Source of the DNA: Phyllobates terribilis
Lineage: Eukaryota
DNA length: 64,000 nt
NCBI RefSeq assembly: GCF_046119375.1
Contig: NW_027362761.1
Coordinates: 1,230,762,001-1,230,826,000, forward strand
Direction: 5' to 3'
In this document: positions 22,101-34,487 of the stretch, piece by piece
Layout of the letters: each line of letters opens with the position of its first letter
Position numbering within the stretch: position 1 is the stretch's first letter
Translations under genes and position numbers: made by a program
Notes under the pieces: model-generated
What the model was told of the DNA's origin: nothing
The model's input: only the letters and a program-made list of their open reading frames with translations
Databases searched by the model: none

Positions 22101-25100
22101 CTCACACTGGGCCGTTTACTCTCCAGCGTCTCCTGTCTACTCACACTCAGCCGTTTACTCTCCAGCATCTACTGTCTCCTCACACTGAGCCGTCTACTCT
22201 CCATCGTCTCCTGACACTGAGCTGTCTATTCTGTCTCCTCAGCCGTCTACTCTCCAGCGTCTCCGGTTTCCTCAGCTGTCTACTTTCCAGCATCTCCGGT
22301 CTCCTCAGCCGTCTACTCTCCAGCGTCTCCGGTTTCCTCAGCCGTCTACTCTCCAGCGTCTCCGGTCTTCTCACACTGGGCCGTCTATTCGCCAGCGTCT
22401 CCGGTCTCCTCACACTGAGCCGTCTACTCTCCATCATCTCCGGTCTCCTCAGCTGTCTACTCTCCAGCGTCTTCGGTCTTCTCACACTGGGCCGTCTACT
22501 CTCCAGCGTCTCCGGTTTCCTCACACTGAGCCGTCTACTCTCCAGCGTCTCCAGTCTCCTCACACTGAGCCATCTACTCTCCAACGTCTCCAGTCTCCAC
22601 ACTGAGCCGTCTACTCTCCATCTTCTCCGGTCTCCTGACACTGAGCCGTCTACTCTCCTGTCTCTTCAGCTGTCTACTCTCCAGCGTCTCTGGTCTTCTC
22701 ACACTGAGCCATCTACTCCAGCATCTCCGGTCTCCTCAGCCGTCTACTATCCAGTAGCTCCGGTCTCCTCACACTAAGCTGTCTACTCCAGCGTCTCTGG
22801 TTTTCTCACACTGGGCCATCTAATCTCCAGCATCTCCGGTCTCCTCAGCTGTCTCCTCTCCAGCGTCTTCAGTCTTCTTACACTGGGCCGGTTACTCTCC
22901 AACGTTTCCGGTCTTCTAAAACTGGGCCGTCTACTCTTCAGCGTCTTCGGTCTTCGCACACTGGGCCATCTACTCTCCAGCGTCTCCCTTCTCTTCACAC
23001 TAAGCCGTCTACTCTCCAGCATCTCTGGTCTTCTCAAACTGAGCAGTCTACTCTCCAGCGTCTCTGGTCACCTCACACTGAGTCATCAACTCTCCAGCAT
23101 CTCCGGTCTCCTCAGTCGTCTACTCTCCAGCGTCTCCGGTCTCCCCAACCGTCTACTCTCCAGTGTCTCCGGTCTTCTCACACTGGGACGTCTACTCTCC
23201 AGCATCTCTGGTCTCCTCACACTGAGCCGTCTACACTCCAGCGTCTCTGGTCTCCTCACACTGAGCCGGCTGCTCTCCATCGTCTCCGGTCTCCTGACAC
23301 TGAGCCGTCTGCTCTCCTGTCTCCTCAGCCGTCTACTCTCCAGCTTCTCTGGTCTCCTCACTTTGAGGTGTCTACTCTACAGTGTCTCCGGTTTCCTCAG
23401 CAGTCTACTCTCCAGCATCTCCGATCTCCTCAGCCGTCTACTATCCAGTGTCTCCGGTCTCCTCACACTAAGCTGTACTCTCCAGCGTCTCCAGTTTCCT
23501 CACACTGAGCAGTCTACTCTCCAGCATCTCCCATCTACTCTCCAGCGTCTCTGGTCTTCTCACACTGGGCCGTCTACTCTCCAGAGTATCCGGTCTCCTC
23601 ACACTGAGCCGTCTACTCTCCAGCATCTCCCATCTCCTCAGCCGTCTACTCTCCAGTGTCTCCAATCTCCTCAGTTGTCTACTCTCCAGTGTCTCCAGTC
23701 TCCTCAGTTGTCTACTCTCCAGCGTCTCCGGTCTCCTCACACTGAGCAGTCTACTCTCCGTCTCCGGTTTCCTCACACTAAGCCGTCTACTCTCCAGCGT
23801 CTCCGGTCTCCTCACACTAAGCCGTCTATTCTCCAGCGTCTCCGGTCTCCTCACACTAAGCCGTCTACTCTCCAGCGTCTCCGATCTCCTCAGCTGTCTA
23901 CTGTCCAGCGTCTCCGGTCTCCTCAGTAGTCTACTCTCCAGCGTCTCTGGTCTCCTCACCTGTCTACTCTCCAGCGTCACTGGTCTCCTCAGCTGTCTAC
24001 TCTCCAGCGTCACCGGTCTTCTCACACTGGGCTGTGTTCTCTCCAGCATTTCCGGTCTCCTCAGCTGTCTACTCTCCAGCATCTCCGGTCTTCTTACACT
24101 GAGCCGTCTACTCTCCAGGGTCTCCGATCTCCTCAGCTGTCTACTGTCCAGCATCTCCGGTCTCCTCAGTCGTCTACTCTCCAGCGTCTCCAGTCTCCTC
24201 AGCTGTTTACTCTCCAACGTCTCCGGTCTTCTCACACTGGGCCGTCTACTCTCCAGCATCTCCGGTCTCCTCAGCTGTCTACTCTCCAGAGTCTTCGGTC
24301 TTCTCACACTGGGCCGTCTACTCCAGCATCTCCGGTCTCCTCACACTGAGCCTTCTACTCTCCAGTCTCCTCAGCTATCTACTCTCCAGCGTCTCCGGTC
24401 TCCTCAGCTGTCTACTTTCCAGCGCCTACTTTCCGTCCTTCTCACACTGAGCAGTCTACTCTCCAGCGTCTCCGGTCTCCTCACACTGAGCCGACTACTC
24501 TCCAGCATCTCCGGTCTCCTTAGCTATCTACTCTCCAGCATCTCTAGTTTTCTCACACTGGGCCATCTACTCTCCAGCATCTCCGGTCTCCTCAGCTTTC
24601 TACTCTCCAGCATCTCCGGTCTTCTCACACTGGGCCGTCTACTCTCCAGCTTCTCCTGTCTACTCACACTAAGCCGTCTACTCTCCAGCGTCTCCTGTCT
24701 CCTCACACTAAGCCGTCTACTCTCTCAGTGTCTACGGTCTCCTGACACTGAGCCGTCTACTCTCCTGTCTCCTCAGCCGTCTACTCTCCAGCGTCTCCGG
24801 TTTCCTCAGCTGTCTACTTTCCACCATCTCCGGTCTCCTCAGCCGACTACTCTCCAGTGTCTCCGGTCTCCTCACACTAAGCTGTCTACTCTCCAGCGTC
24901 TCGGTTTCCTCAGCCGTCTACTCTCCAACATCTCCGGTCTTCTCACACTGGGCCGTCTATTCTCCAGCGTCTCTGGTCTCCTCACTCTGAGCCGTCTACT
25001 CTCCATCATCTCCGGTCTCCTCAGCTGTGTACTCCAGCGTCTTCGGTCTTCTCACACTGGACCGTCTACTCTCCAGCGTCTCCGGTCTCCTCACACTGAG

Positions 25101-28100
25101 CCGTCTACTCTCCAACGTCTCCGGTCTCCTCACACTGAGCCGTCTACTCTCCATCTTCTCCGGTCTCCTGACACTGAGCCGTCTACTCTCCTGTCTCTTC
25201 AACCGTCTACTCTCCAGCGTCTCTGGTCTTCTCACACTGAGCCGTCTACTCCAGCATCTCTGGTCTCCTCAGCCATCTACTCTCCAGCGACTCCGGTCTC
25301 CTCAGCTATTTGCTCTCCCGTGTCTCTGGTTTTCTCACACTTTGCCATCTACTCTCCAGCGTCTTCGGTCTTCGCACACTGGGCTGTCTACTCTCCAGCG
25401 TCTATAGTCTACTCACACTGAGCCGTTCACTCTCCAGCGCCTGCGATCTCCTGACACTGAGCCGTCTACTCTCCAGCATCTCTGTTCTTCTCACACTGAG
25501 CAGTCTACTCTCCAGCGTCTCTGGTCGCCTCACACTGAGTCGTCTACTCTCCAGCATCTCTGGTCTCCTCAGCCGTCTACTCTCCAGCGTCTCCGGTCTC
25601 CCCAGCCGTCTACTCTCCAGTGTATACAGGCTCCTCCCACTGAGCCATCTACTCTCCATCGTCTCCGGTCTCCTGACACTGAGCCGTCTACTTTCCTCAG
25701 TTGTCTACTTTCCAGTATCTCCGGTCTCCTCAGCCGACTACTCTCCAGTGTCTCCGGTCTCCTCACACTAAGCTGTCTACTCTCCAGCGTCTCGGTTTCC
25801 TCAGCTGTCTACTCTCCAACGTCTCCGGTCTTCTCACACTGGGCCGTCTACTCTCCAGCGTCTCCGGTTTCCTCACACTGAGCCGTCTACTCTCCAGCGT
25901 CTCCAGTCTCCTCACACTGAGCCATCTACTCTCCAACGTCTCCAGTCTCCACACTGAGCCGTCTACTCTCCATCTTCTCCGGTCTCCTGACACTGAGCCG
26001 TCTACTCTCCTGTCTCTTCAGCTGTCTACTCTCCAGCGTCTCTGGTCTTCTCACACTGAGCCATCTACTCCAGCATCTCCGGTCTCCTCAGCCGTCTACT
26101 ATCCAGTAGCTCCGGTCTCCTCACACTAAGCTGTCTACTCTAGCGTCTCTGGTTTTCTCACACTGGGCCATCTAATCTCCAGCATCTCCGGTCTCCTCAG
26201 CTGTCTCCTCTCCAGCGTCTTCAGTCTTCTTACACTGGGACGGTTACTCTCCAACGTTTCCGGTCTTCTAAAACTGGGCCGTCTACTCTTCAGCGTCTTC
26301 GGTCTTCGCACACTGGGCCATCTACTCTCCAGCGTCTCCCTTCTCTTCACACTAAGCCGTCTACTCTCCAGCATCTCTGGTCTTCTCAAACTGAGCAGTC
26401 TACTCTCCAGCGTCTCTGGTCACCTCACACTGAGTCATCAACTCTCCAGCATCTCCGGTCTCCTCAGTCGTCTACTCTCCAGCGTCTCCGGTCTCCCCAA
26501 CCGTCTACTCTCCAGTGTCTCCGGTCTTCTCACACTGGGACGTCTACTCTCCAGCATCTCTGGTCTCCTCACACTGAGCCGTCTACACTCCAGCGTCTCT
26601 GGTCTCCTCACACTGAGCCGGCTGCTCTCCATCGTCTCCGGTCTCCTGACACTGAGCCGTCTGCTCTCCTGTCTCCTCAGCCGTCTACTCTCCAGCTTCT
26701 CTGGTCTCCTCACTTTGAGGTGTCTACTCTACAGTGTCTCCGGTTTCCTCAGCAGTCTACTCTCCAGCATCTCCGATCTCCTCAGCCGTCTACTCTCCAG
26801 CGTCTCCAGTTTCCTCACACTGAGCAGTCTACTCTCCAGCATCTCCCATCTACTCTCCAGCGTCTCTGGTCTTCTCACACTGGGCCGTCTACTCTCCAGA
26901 GTATCCGGTCTCCTCACACTGAGCCGTCTACTCTCCAGCATCTCCCATCTCCTCAGCCGTCTACTCTCCAGTGTCTCCAGTCTCCTCAGTTGTCTACTCT
27001 CCAGTGTCTCCAGTCTCCTCAGTTGTCTACTCTCCAGCGTCTCCGGTCTCCTCACACTGAGCAGTCTACTCTCCGTCTCCGGTCTCCTCACACTAAGCCG
27101 TCTACTCTCCAGCGTCTCCGGTCTCCTCACACTAAGCCGTCTATTCTCCAGCGTCTCCGGTCTCCTCACACTAAGCCGTCTACTCTCCAGCGTCTCCGAT
27201 CTCCTCAGCTGTCTACTGTCCAGCGTCTCCGGTCTCCTCAGTCGTCTACTCTCCAGCGTCTCTGGTCTCCTCACCTGTCTACTCTCCAGCGTCACTGGTC
27301 TCCTCAGCTGTCTACTCTCCAGCGTCACCGGTCTTCTCACACTGGGCTGTGTTCTCTCCAGCATTTCCGGTCTCCTCAGCTGTCTACTCTCCAGCATCTC
27401 CGGTCTTCTTACACTGAGCCGTCTACTCTCCAGGGTCTCCGATCTCCTCAGCTGTCTACTGTCCAGCATCTCCGGTCTCCTCAGTCGTCTACTCTCCAGC
27501 GTCTCCAGTCTCCTCAGCTGTCTACTCTCCAGAGTCTTCGGTCTTCTCACACTGGGCCGTCTACTCCAGCATCTCCGGTCTCCTCACACTGAGCCTTCTA
27601 CTCTCCAGTCTCCTCAGCTATCTACTCTCCAGCGTCTCCGGTCTCCTCAGCTGTCTACTTTCCAGCGCCTACTTTCCGTCCTTCTCACACTGAGCAGTCT
27701 ACTCTCCAGCGTCTCCGGTCTCCTCACACTGAGCCGACTACTCTCCAGCATCTCCGGTCTCCTTAGCTATCTACTCTCCAGCATCTCTAGTTTTCTCACA
27801 CTGGGCCATCTACTCTCCAGCATCTCCGGTCTCCTCAGCTGTCTACTCTCCAGCATCTCCGGTCTTCTCACACTGGGCCGTCTACACTCCAGCGTCTGGT
27901 CTCCTCACACTGAGCCGTCTACTCTCCGGTCTCCTCACACTGAGCCATCTTCTCTCCAACATCTCCAGTCTCCTCACAGTGTGCTGCCTACTCTCCAGCG
28001 TCTCAGATCTTCTTACACTGGGCCGTCTACTCTCCAGCGTCTCCGGTCTCAGCTGTCTACTTTCCAGCATCTCCGGTCTCCTCTCACTGAGCCTTTTACT

Positions 28101-31100
28101 CTCCTGACACTGAGCTGTCTACTCTCCAGCTTCTCCGGTCTCCTCAGCTGTCTACTTTCCAGCGCCTCCGGTCTTCTCACACTGAGCAGTCTACACTCCA
28201 GCGTCTCTGGTCTCCTCACACTGAGCCGACTACTCTCTAGCGTCTCCGGTCTCCTTAGCTATCAACTCTCCAGCATCCCTAGTTTTCTCACACTGGGCCA
28301 TCTACTCTCTAGCATCTCCGGTCTCCTCAGCTGTCTACTCTACAGCATCTGCGGTCTTCTCACACTGGGCCGTTTACTCTCCAGCGTCTCCTGTCTACTC
28401 ACACTCAGCCGTTTACTCTCCAGCATCTACTGTCTCCTCACACTGAGCCGTCTACTCTCCATCGTCTCCTGACACTGAGCTGTCTATTCTGTCTCCTCAG
28501 CCGTCTACTCTCCAGCGTCTCCGGTTTCCTCAGCTGTCTACTTTCCAGCATCTCCGGTCTCCTCAGCCGTCTACTCTCCAGCGTCTCCGGTTTCCTCAGT
28601 CGTCTACTCTCCAGCGTCTCCGGTCTTCTCACACTGGGCCGTCTATTCGCCAGCGTCTCCGGTCTCCTCACACTGAGCCGTCTACTCTCCATCATCTCCG
28701 GTCTCCTCAGCTGTCTACTCTCCAGCGTCTTCGGTCTTCTCACACTGAGCCATCTACTCTCCAACGTCTCCAGTCTCCACACTGAGCCGTCTACTCTCCA
28801 TCTTCTCCGGTCTCCTGACACTGAGCCGTCTACTCTCCTGTCTCTTCAGCTGTCTACTCTCCAGCGTCTCTGGTCTTCTCACACTGAGCCATCTACTCCA
28901 GCATCTCCGGTCTCCTCAGCCGTCTACTATCCAGTAGCTCCGGTCTCCTCACACTAAGCTGTCTACTCCAGCGTCTCTGGTTTTCTCACACTGGGCCATC
29001 TAATCTCCAGCATCTCCGGTCTCCTCAGCTGTCTCCTCTCCAGCGTCTTCAGTCTTCTTACACTGGGCCGGTTACTCTCCAACGTTTCCGGTCTTCTAAA
29101 ACTGGGCCGTCTACTCTTCAGCGTCTTCGGTCTTCGCACACTGGGCCATCTACTCTCCAGCGTCTCCCTTCTCTTCACACTAAGCCGTCTACTCTCCAGC
29201 ATCTCTGGTCTTCTCAAACTGAGCAGTCTACTCTCCAGCGTCTCTGGTCACCTCACACTGAGTCATCAACTCTCCAGCATCTCCGGTCTCCTCAGTCGTC
29301 TACTCTCCAGCGTCTCCGGTCTCCCCAACCGTCTACTCTCCAGTGTCTCCGGTCTTCTCACACTGGGACGTCTACTCTCCAGCATCTCTGGTCTCCTCAC
29401 ACTGAGCCGTCTACACTCCAGCGTCTCTGGTCTCCTCACACTGAGCCGGCTGCTCTCCATCGTCTCCGGTCTCCTGACACTGAGCCGTCTGCTCTCCTGT
29501 CTCCTCAGCCGTCTACTCTCCAGCTTCTCTGGTCTCCTCACTTTGAGGTGTCTACTCTACAGTGTCTCCGGTTTCCTCAGCAGTCTACTCTCCAGCATCT
29601 CCGATCTCCTCAGCCGTCTACTATCCAGTGTCTCCGGTCTCCTCACACTAAGCTGTACTCTCCAGCATCTCCAGTTTCCTCACACTGAGCAGTCTACTCT
29701 CCAGCATCTCCCATCTACTCTCCAGCGTCTCTGGTCTTCTCACACTGGGCCGTCTACTCTCCAGAGTATCCGGTCTCCTCACACTGAGCCGTCTACTCTC
29801 CAGCATCTCCCATCTCCTCAGCCGTCTACTCTCCAGTGTCTCCAGTCTCCTCAGTTGTCTACTCTCCAGTGTCTCCAGTCTCCTCAGTTGTCTACTCTCC
29901 AGCGTCTCCGGTCTCCTCACACTGAGCAGTCTACTCTCCGTCTCCGGTCTCCTCACACTAAGCCGTCTACTCTCCAGCGTCTCCGGTCTCCTCACACTAA
30001 GCCGTCTATTCTCCAGCGTCTCCGGTCTCCTCACACTAAGCCGTCTACTCTCCAGCGTCTCCGATCTCCTCAGCTGTCTACTGTCCAGCGTCTCCGGTCT
30101 CCTCAGTCGTCTACTCTCCAGCGTCTCTGGTCTCCTCACCTGTCTACTCTCCAGCGTCACTGGTCTCCTCAGCTGTCTACTCTCCAGCGTCACCGGTCTT
30201 CTCACACTGGGCTGTGTTCTCTCCAGCATTTCCGGTCTCCTCAGCTGTCTACTCTCCAGCATCTCCGGTCTTCTTACACTGAGCCGTCTACTCTCCAGGG
30301 TCTCCGATCTCCTCAGCTGTCTACTGTCCAGCATCTCCGGTCTCCTCAGTCGTCTACTCTCCAGCGTCTCCAGTCTCCTCAGCTGTTTACTCTCCAACGT
30401 CTCCGGTCTTCTCACACTGGGCCGTCTACTCTCCAGCATCTCCGGTCTCCTCAGCTGTCTACTCTCCAGAGTCTTCGGTCTTCTCACACTGGGGCGTCTA
30501 CTCCAGCATCTCCGGTCTCCTCACACTGAGCCTTCTACTCTCCAGTCTCCTCAGCTATCTACTCTCCAGCGTCTCCGGTCTCCTCAGCTGTCTACTTTCC
30601 AGCGCCTACTTTCCGTCCTTCTCACACTGAGCAGTCTACTCTCCAGCGTCTCCGGTCTCCTCACACTGAGCCGACTACTCTCCAGCATCTCCGGTCTCCT
30701 TAGCTATCTACTCTCCAGCATCTCTAGTTTTCTCACACTGGGCCATCTACTCTCCAGCATCTCCGGTCTCCTCAGCTGTCTACTCTCCAGCATCTCCGGT
30801 CTTCTCACACTGGGCCGTCTACTCTCCAGCTTCTCCTGTCTACTCACACTAAGCCGTCTACTCTCCAGCGTCTCCTGTCTCCTCACACTAAGCCGTCTAC
30901 TCTCTCAGTGTCTACGGTCTCCTGACACTGAGCCGTCTACTCTCCTGTCTCCTCAGCCGTCTACTCTCCAGCGTCTCCGGTTTCCTCAGCTGTCTACTTT
31001 CCACCATCTCCGGTCTCCTCAGCCGACTACTCTCCAGTGTCTCCGGTCTCCTCACACTAAGCTGTCTACTCTCCAGCGTCTCGGTTTCCTCAGCCGTCTA

Positions 31101-34100
31101 CTCTCCAACATCTCCGGTCTTCTCACACTGGGCCGTCTATTCTCCAGCGTCTCTGGTCTCCTCACACTGAGCCGTCTACTCTCCATCATCTCCGGTCTCC
31201 TCAGCTGTGTACTCCAGCGTCTTCGGTCTTCTCACACTGGACCGTCTACTCTCCAGCGTCTCCGGTCTCCTCACACTGAGCCGTCTACTCTCCAACGTCT
31301 CCGGTCTCCTCACACTGAGCCGTCTACTCTCCATCTTCTCCGGTCTCCTGACACTGAGCCGTCTACTCTCCTGTCTCTTCAACCGTCTACTCTCCAGCGT
31401 CTCTGGTCTTCTCACACTGAGCCGTCTACTCCAGCATCTCTGGTCTCCTCAGCCATCTACTCTCCAGCGACTCCGGTCTCCTCAGCTATTTGCTCTCCCG
31501 TGTCTCTGGTTTTCTCACACTTTGCCATCTACTCTCCAGCGTCTTCGGTCTTCGCACACTGGGCTGTCTACTCTCCAGCGTCTATAGTCTACTCACACTG
31601 AGCCGTTCACTCTCCAGCGCCTGCGATCTCCTGACACTGAGCCGTCTACTCTCCAGCATCTCTGTTCTTCTCACACTGAGCAGTCTACTCTCCAGCGTCT
31701 CTGGTCGCCTCACACTGAGTCGTCTACTCTCCAGCATCTCTGGTCTCCTCAGCCGTCTACTCTCCAGCGTCTCCGGTCTCCCCAGCCGTCTACTCTCCAG
31801 TGTATACAGGCTCCTCCCACTGAGCCATCTACTCTCCATCGTCTCCGGTCTCCTGACACTGAGCCGTCTACTCTCCTGTCTCCTCAGCCGTCTACTCTCC
31901 AGCGTCTCCGGTTTCCTCAGTTGTCTACTTTCCAGTATCTCCGGTCTCCTCAGCCGACTACTCTCCAGTGTCTCCGGTCTCCTCACACTAAGCTGTCTAC
32001 TCTCCAGCGTCTCGGTTTCCTCAGCTGTCTACTCTCCAACGTCTCCGGTCTTCTCACACTGGGCCGTCTACTCTCCAGCGTCTCCGGTTTCCTCACACTG
32101 AGCCGTCTACTCTCCAGCGTCTCCAGTCTCCTCACACTGAGCCATCTACTCTCCAACGTCTCCAGTCTCCACACTGAGCCGTCTACTCTCCATCTTCTCC
32201 GGTCTCCTGACACTGAGCCGTCTACTCTCCTGTCTCTTCAGCTGTCTACTCTCCAGCGTCTCTGGTCTTCTCACACTGAGCCATCTACTCCAGCATCTCC
32301 GGTCTCCTCAGCCGTCTACTATCCAGTAGCTCCGGTCTCCTCACACTAAGCTGTCTACTCCAGCGTCTCTGGTTTTCTCACACTGGGCCATCTAATCTCC
32401 AGCATCTCCGGTCTCCTCAGCTGTCTCCTCTCCAGCGTCTTCAGTCTTCTTACACTGGGACGGTTACTCTCCAACGTTTCCGGTCTTCTAAAACTGGGCC
32501 GTCTACTCTTCAGCGTCTTCGGTCTTCGCACACTGGGCCATCTACTCTCCAGCGTCTCCCTTCTCTTCACACTAAGCCGTCTACTCTCCAGCATCTCTGG
32601 TCTTCTCAAACTGAGCAGTCTACTCTCCAGCGTCTCTGGTCACCTCACACTGAGTCATCAACTCTCCAGCATCTCCGGTCTCCTCAGTCGTCTACTCTCC
32701 AGCGTCTCCGGTCTCCCCAACCGTCTACTCTCCAGTGTCTCCGGTCTTCTCACACTGGGACGTCTACTCTCCAGCATCTCTGGTCTCCTCACACTGAGCC
32801 GTCTACACTCCAGCGTCTCTGGTCTCCTCACACTGAGCCGGCTGCTCTCCATCGTCTCCGGTCTCCTGACACTGAGCCGTCTGCTCTCCTGTCTCCTCAG
32901 CCGTCTACTCTCCAGCTTCTCTGGTCTCCTCACTTTGAGGTGTCTACTCTACAGTGTCTCCGGTTTCCTCAGCAGTCTACTCTCCAGCATCTCCGATCTC
33001 CTCAGCCGTCTACTATCCAGTGTCTCCGGTCTCCTCACACTAAGCTGTACTCTCCAGCGTCTCCAGTTTCCTCACACTGAGCAGTCTACTCTCCAGCATC
33101 TCCCATCTACTCTCCAGCGTCTCTGGTCTTCTCACACTGGGCCGTCTACTCTCCAGAGTATCCGGTCTCCTCACACTGAGCCGTCTACTCTCCAGCATCT
33201 CCCATCTCCTCAGCCGTCTACTCTCCAGTGTCTCCAGTCTCCTCAGTTGTCTACTCTCCAGTGTCTCCAGTCTCCTCAGTTGTCTACTCTCCAGCGTCTC
33301 CGGTCTCCTCACACTGAGTCGTCTACTCTCCAGCATCTCTGGTCTCCTCAGCCGTCTACTCTCCAGCGTCTCCGGTCTCCCCAGCCGTCTACTCTCCAGT
33401 GTATACAGGCTCCTCCCACTGAGCCATCTACTCTCCATCGTCTCCGGTCTCCTGACACTGAGCCGTCTACTCTCCTGTCTCCTCAGCCGTCTACTCTCCA
33501 GCGTCTCCGGTTTCCTCAGTTGTCTACTTTCCAGTATCTCCGGTCTCCTCAGCCGACTACTCTCCAGTGTCTCCGGTCTCCTCACACTAAGCTGTCTACT
33601 CTCCAGCGTCTCGGTTTCCTCAGCTGTCTACTCTCCAACGTCTCCGGTCTTCTCACACTGGGCCGTCTATTCTCCAGCGTCTCCGGTCTCCTCACACTGA
33701 GCTGTCTACTCTCCATCATCTCCAGTCTCCTCAGCTGTCTACTCTCCAGCGTCTTCGGTCTTCTCACAATGGGCCGTCTACTCTCCAGCGTCTCCGGTCT
33801 CTTCACACTGAGCCGTCTACTCTCCAACGTCTCCGGTCTCCTCACACTGAGCCGTCTACTCTCCATCTTCACCGGTCTCCTGACACTGAGCCGTCTACTC
33901 TCCTGTCTCTTCAGCCATCTACTCTCCAGCGTCTCTGGTCTTCTCACACTGAGCCGTCTACTCCAGCATCTCTGGTCTCCTCAGCCGTCTACTCTCCAGT
34001 GTCTCCGGTCTCCTCAGCTATCTGCTCTCCAGTGTCTCTGGCTTTCTCACACTGGGCCATCTACTCTCCAGCGTCTTCGGTCTTCGCACACTGGGCTGTC

Positions 34101-34127
34101 TACTCTCCAGCGTGTCCCGTCTCTTCA

Positions 34128-34487
34128 TAGAATCATAGAATGGTCCAACCCCCTGCTCAAAGCAGGATTCACTAAACCATCTCAGACAGATGTCTGTCCA
34201 GCCTTTGTTTGAAGACGTCCATTGAAGGGGAACTCATTGATCACCCTCACTGTCAAAAAGTGTCTTCTAATATCTAATCTGTGTCTCCTCCCATTCAGTT
34301 TCATCCCATTGCTTCTCGTGTTTCCATGTACAATTGAGAATAAGAAAGATCACTCTAAACTGTGACAGGCCTTGAGATATTTGTAGACAGCTATTAAGTC
34401 TCCTCTCAGTCTTCTTTTTTGCAAGCTAAACATTCCCATATCTAGTAACCGTTCCTCATAGGACATGGTTTGCAGACCGGTCACCAT
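34128..34487 (-). mobile_element. 5'-truncated CR1 LINE 3' end (copy 1, internally deleted)
   Basis: (GATTCTAT)n tail on the minus strand; minus translation [39 protein letters not shown] is the typical CR1 ORF2 C-terminus. Confidence 0.92.
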
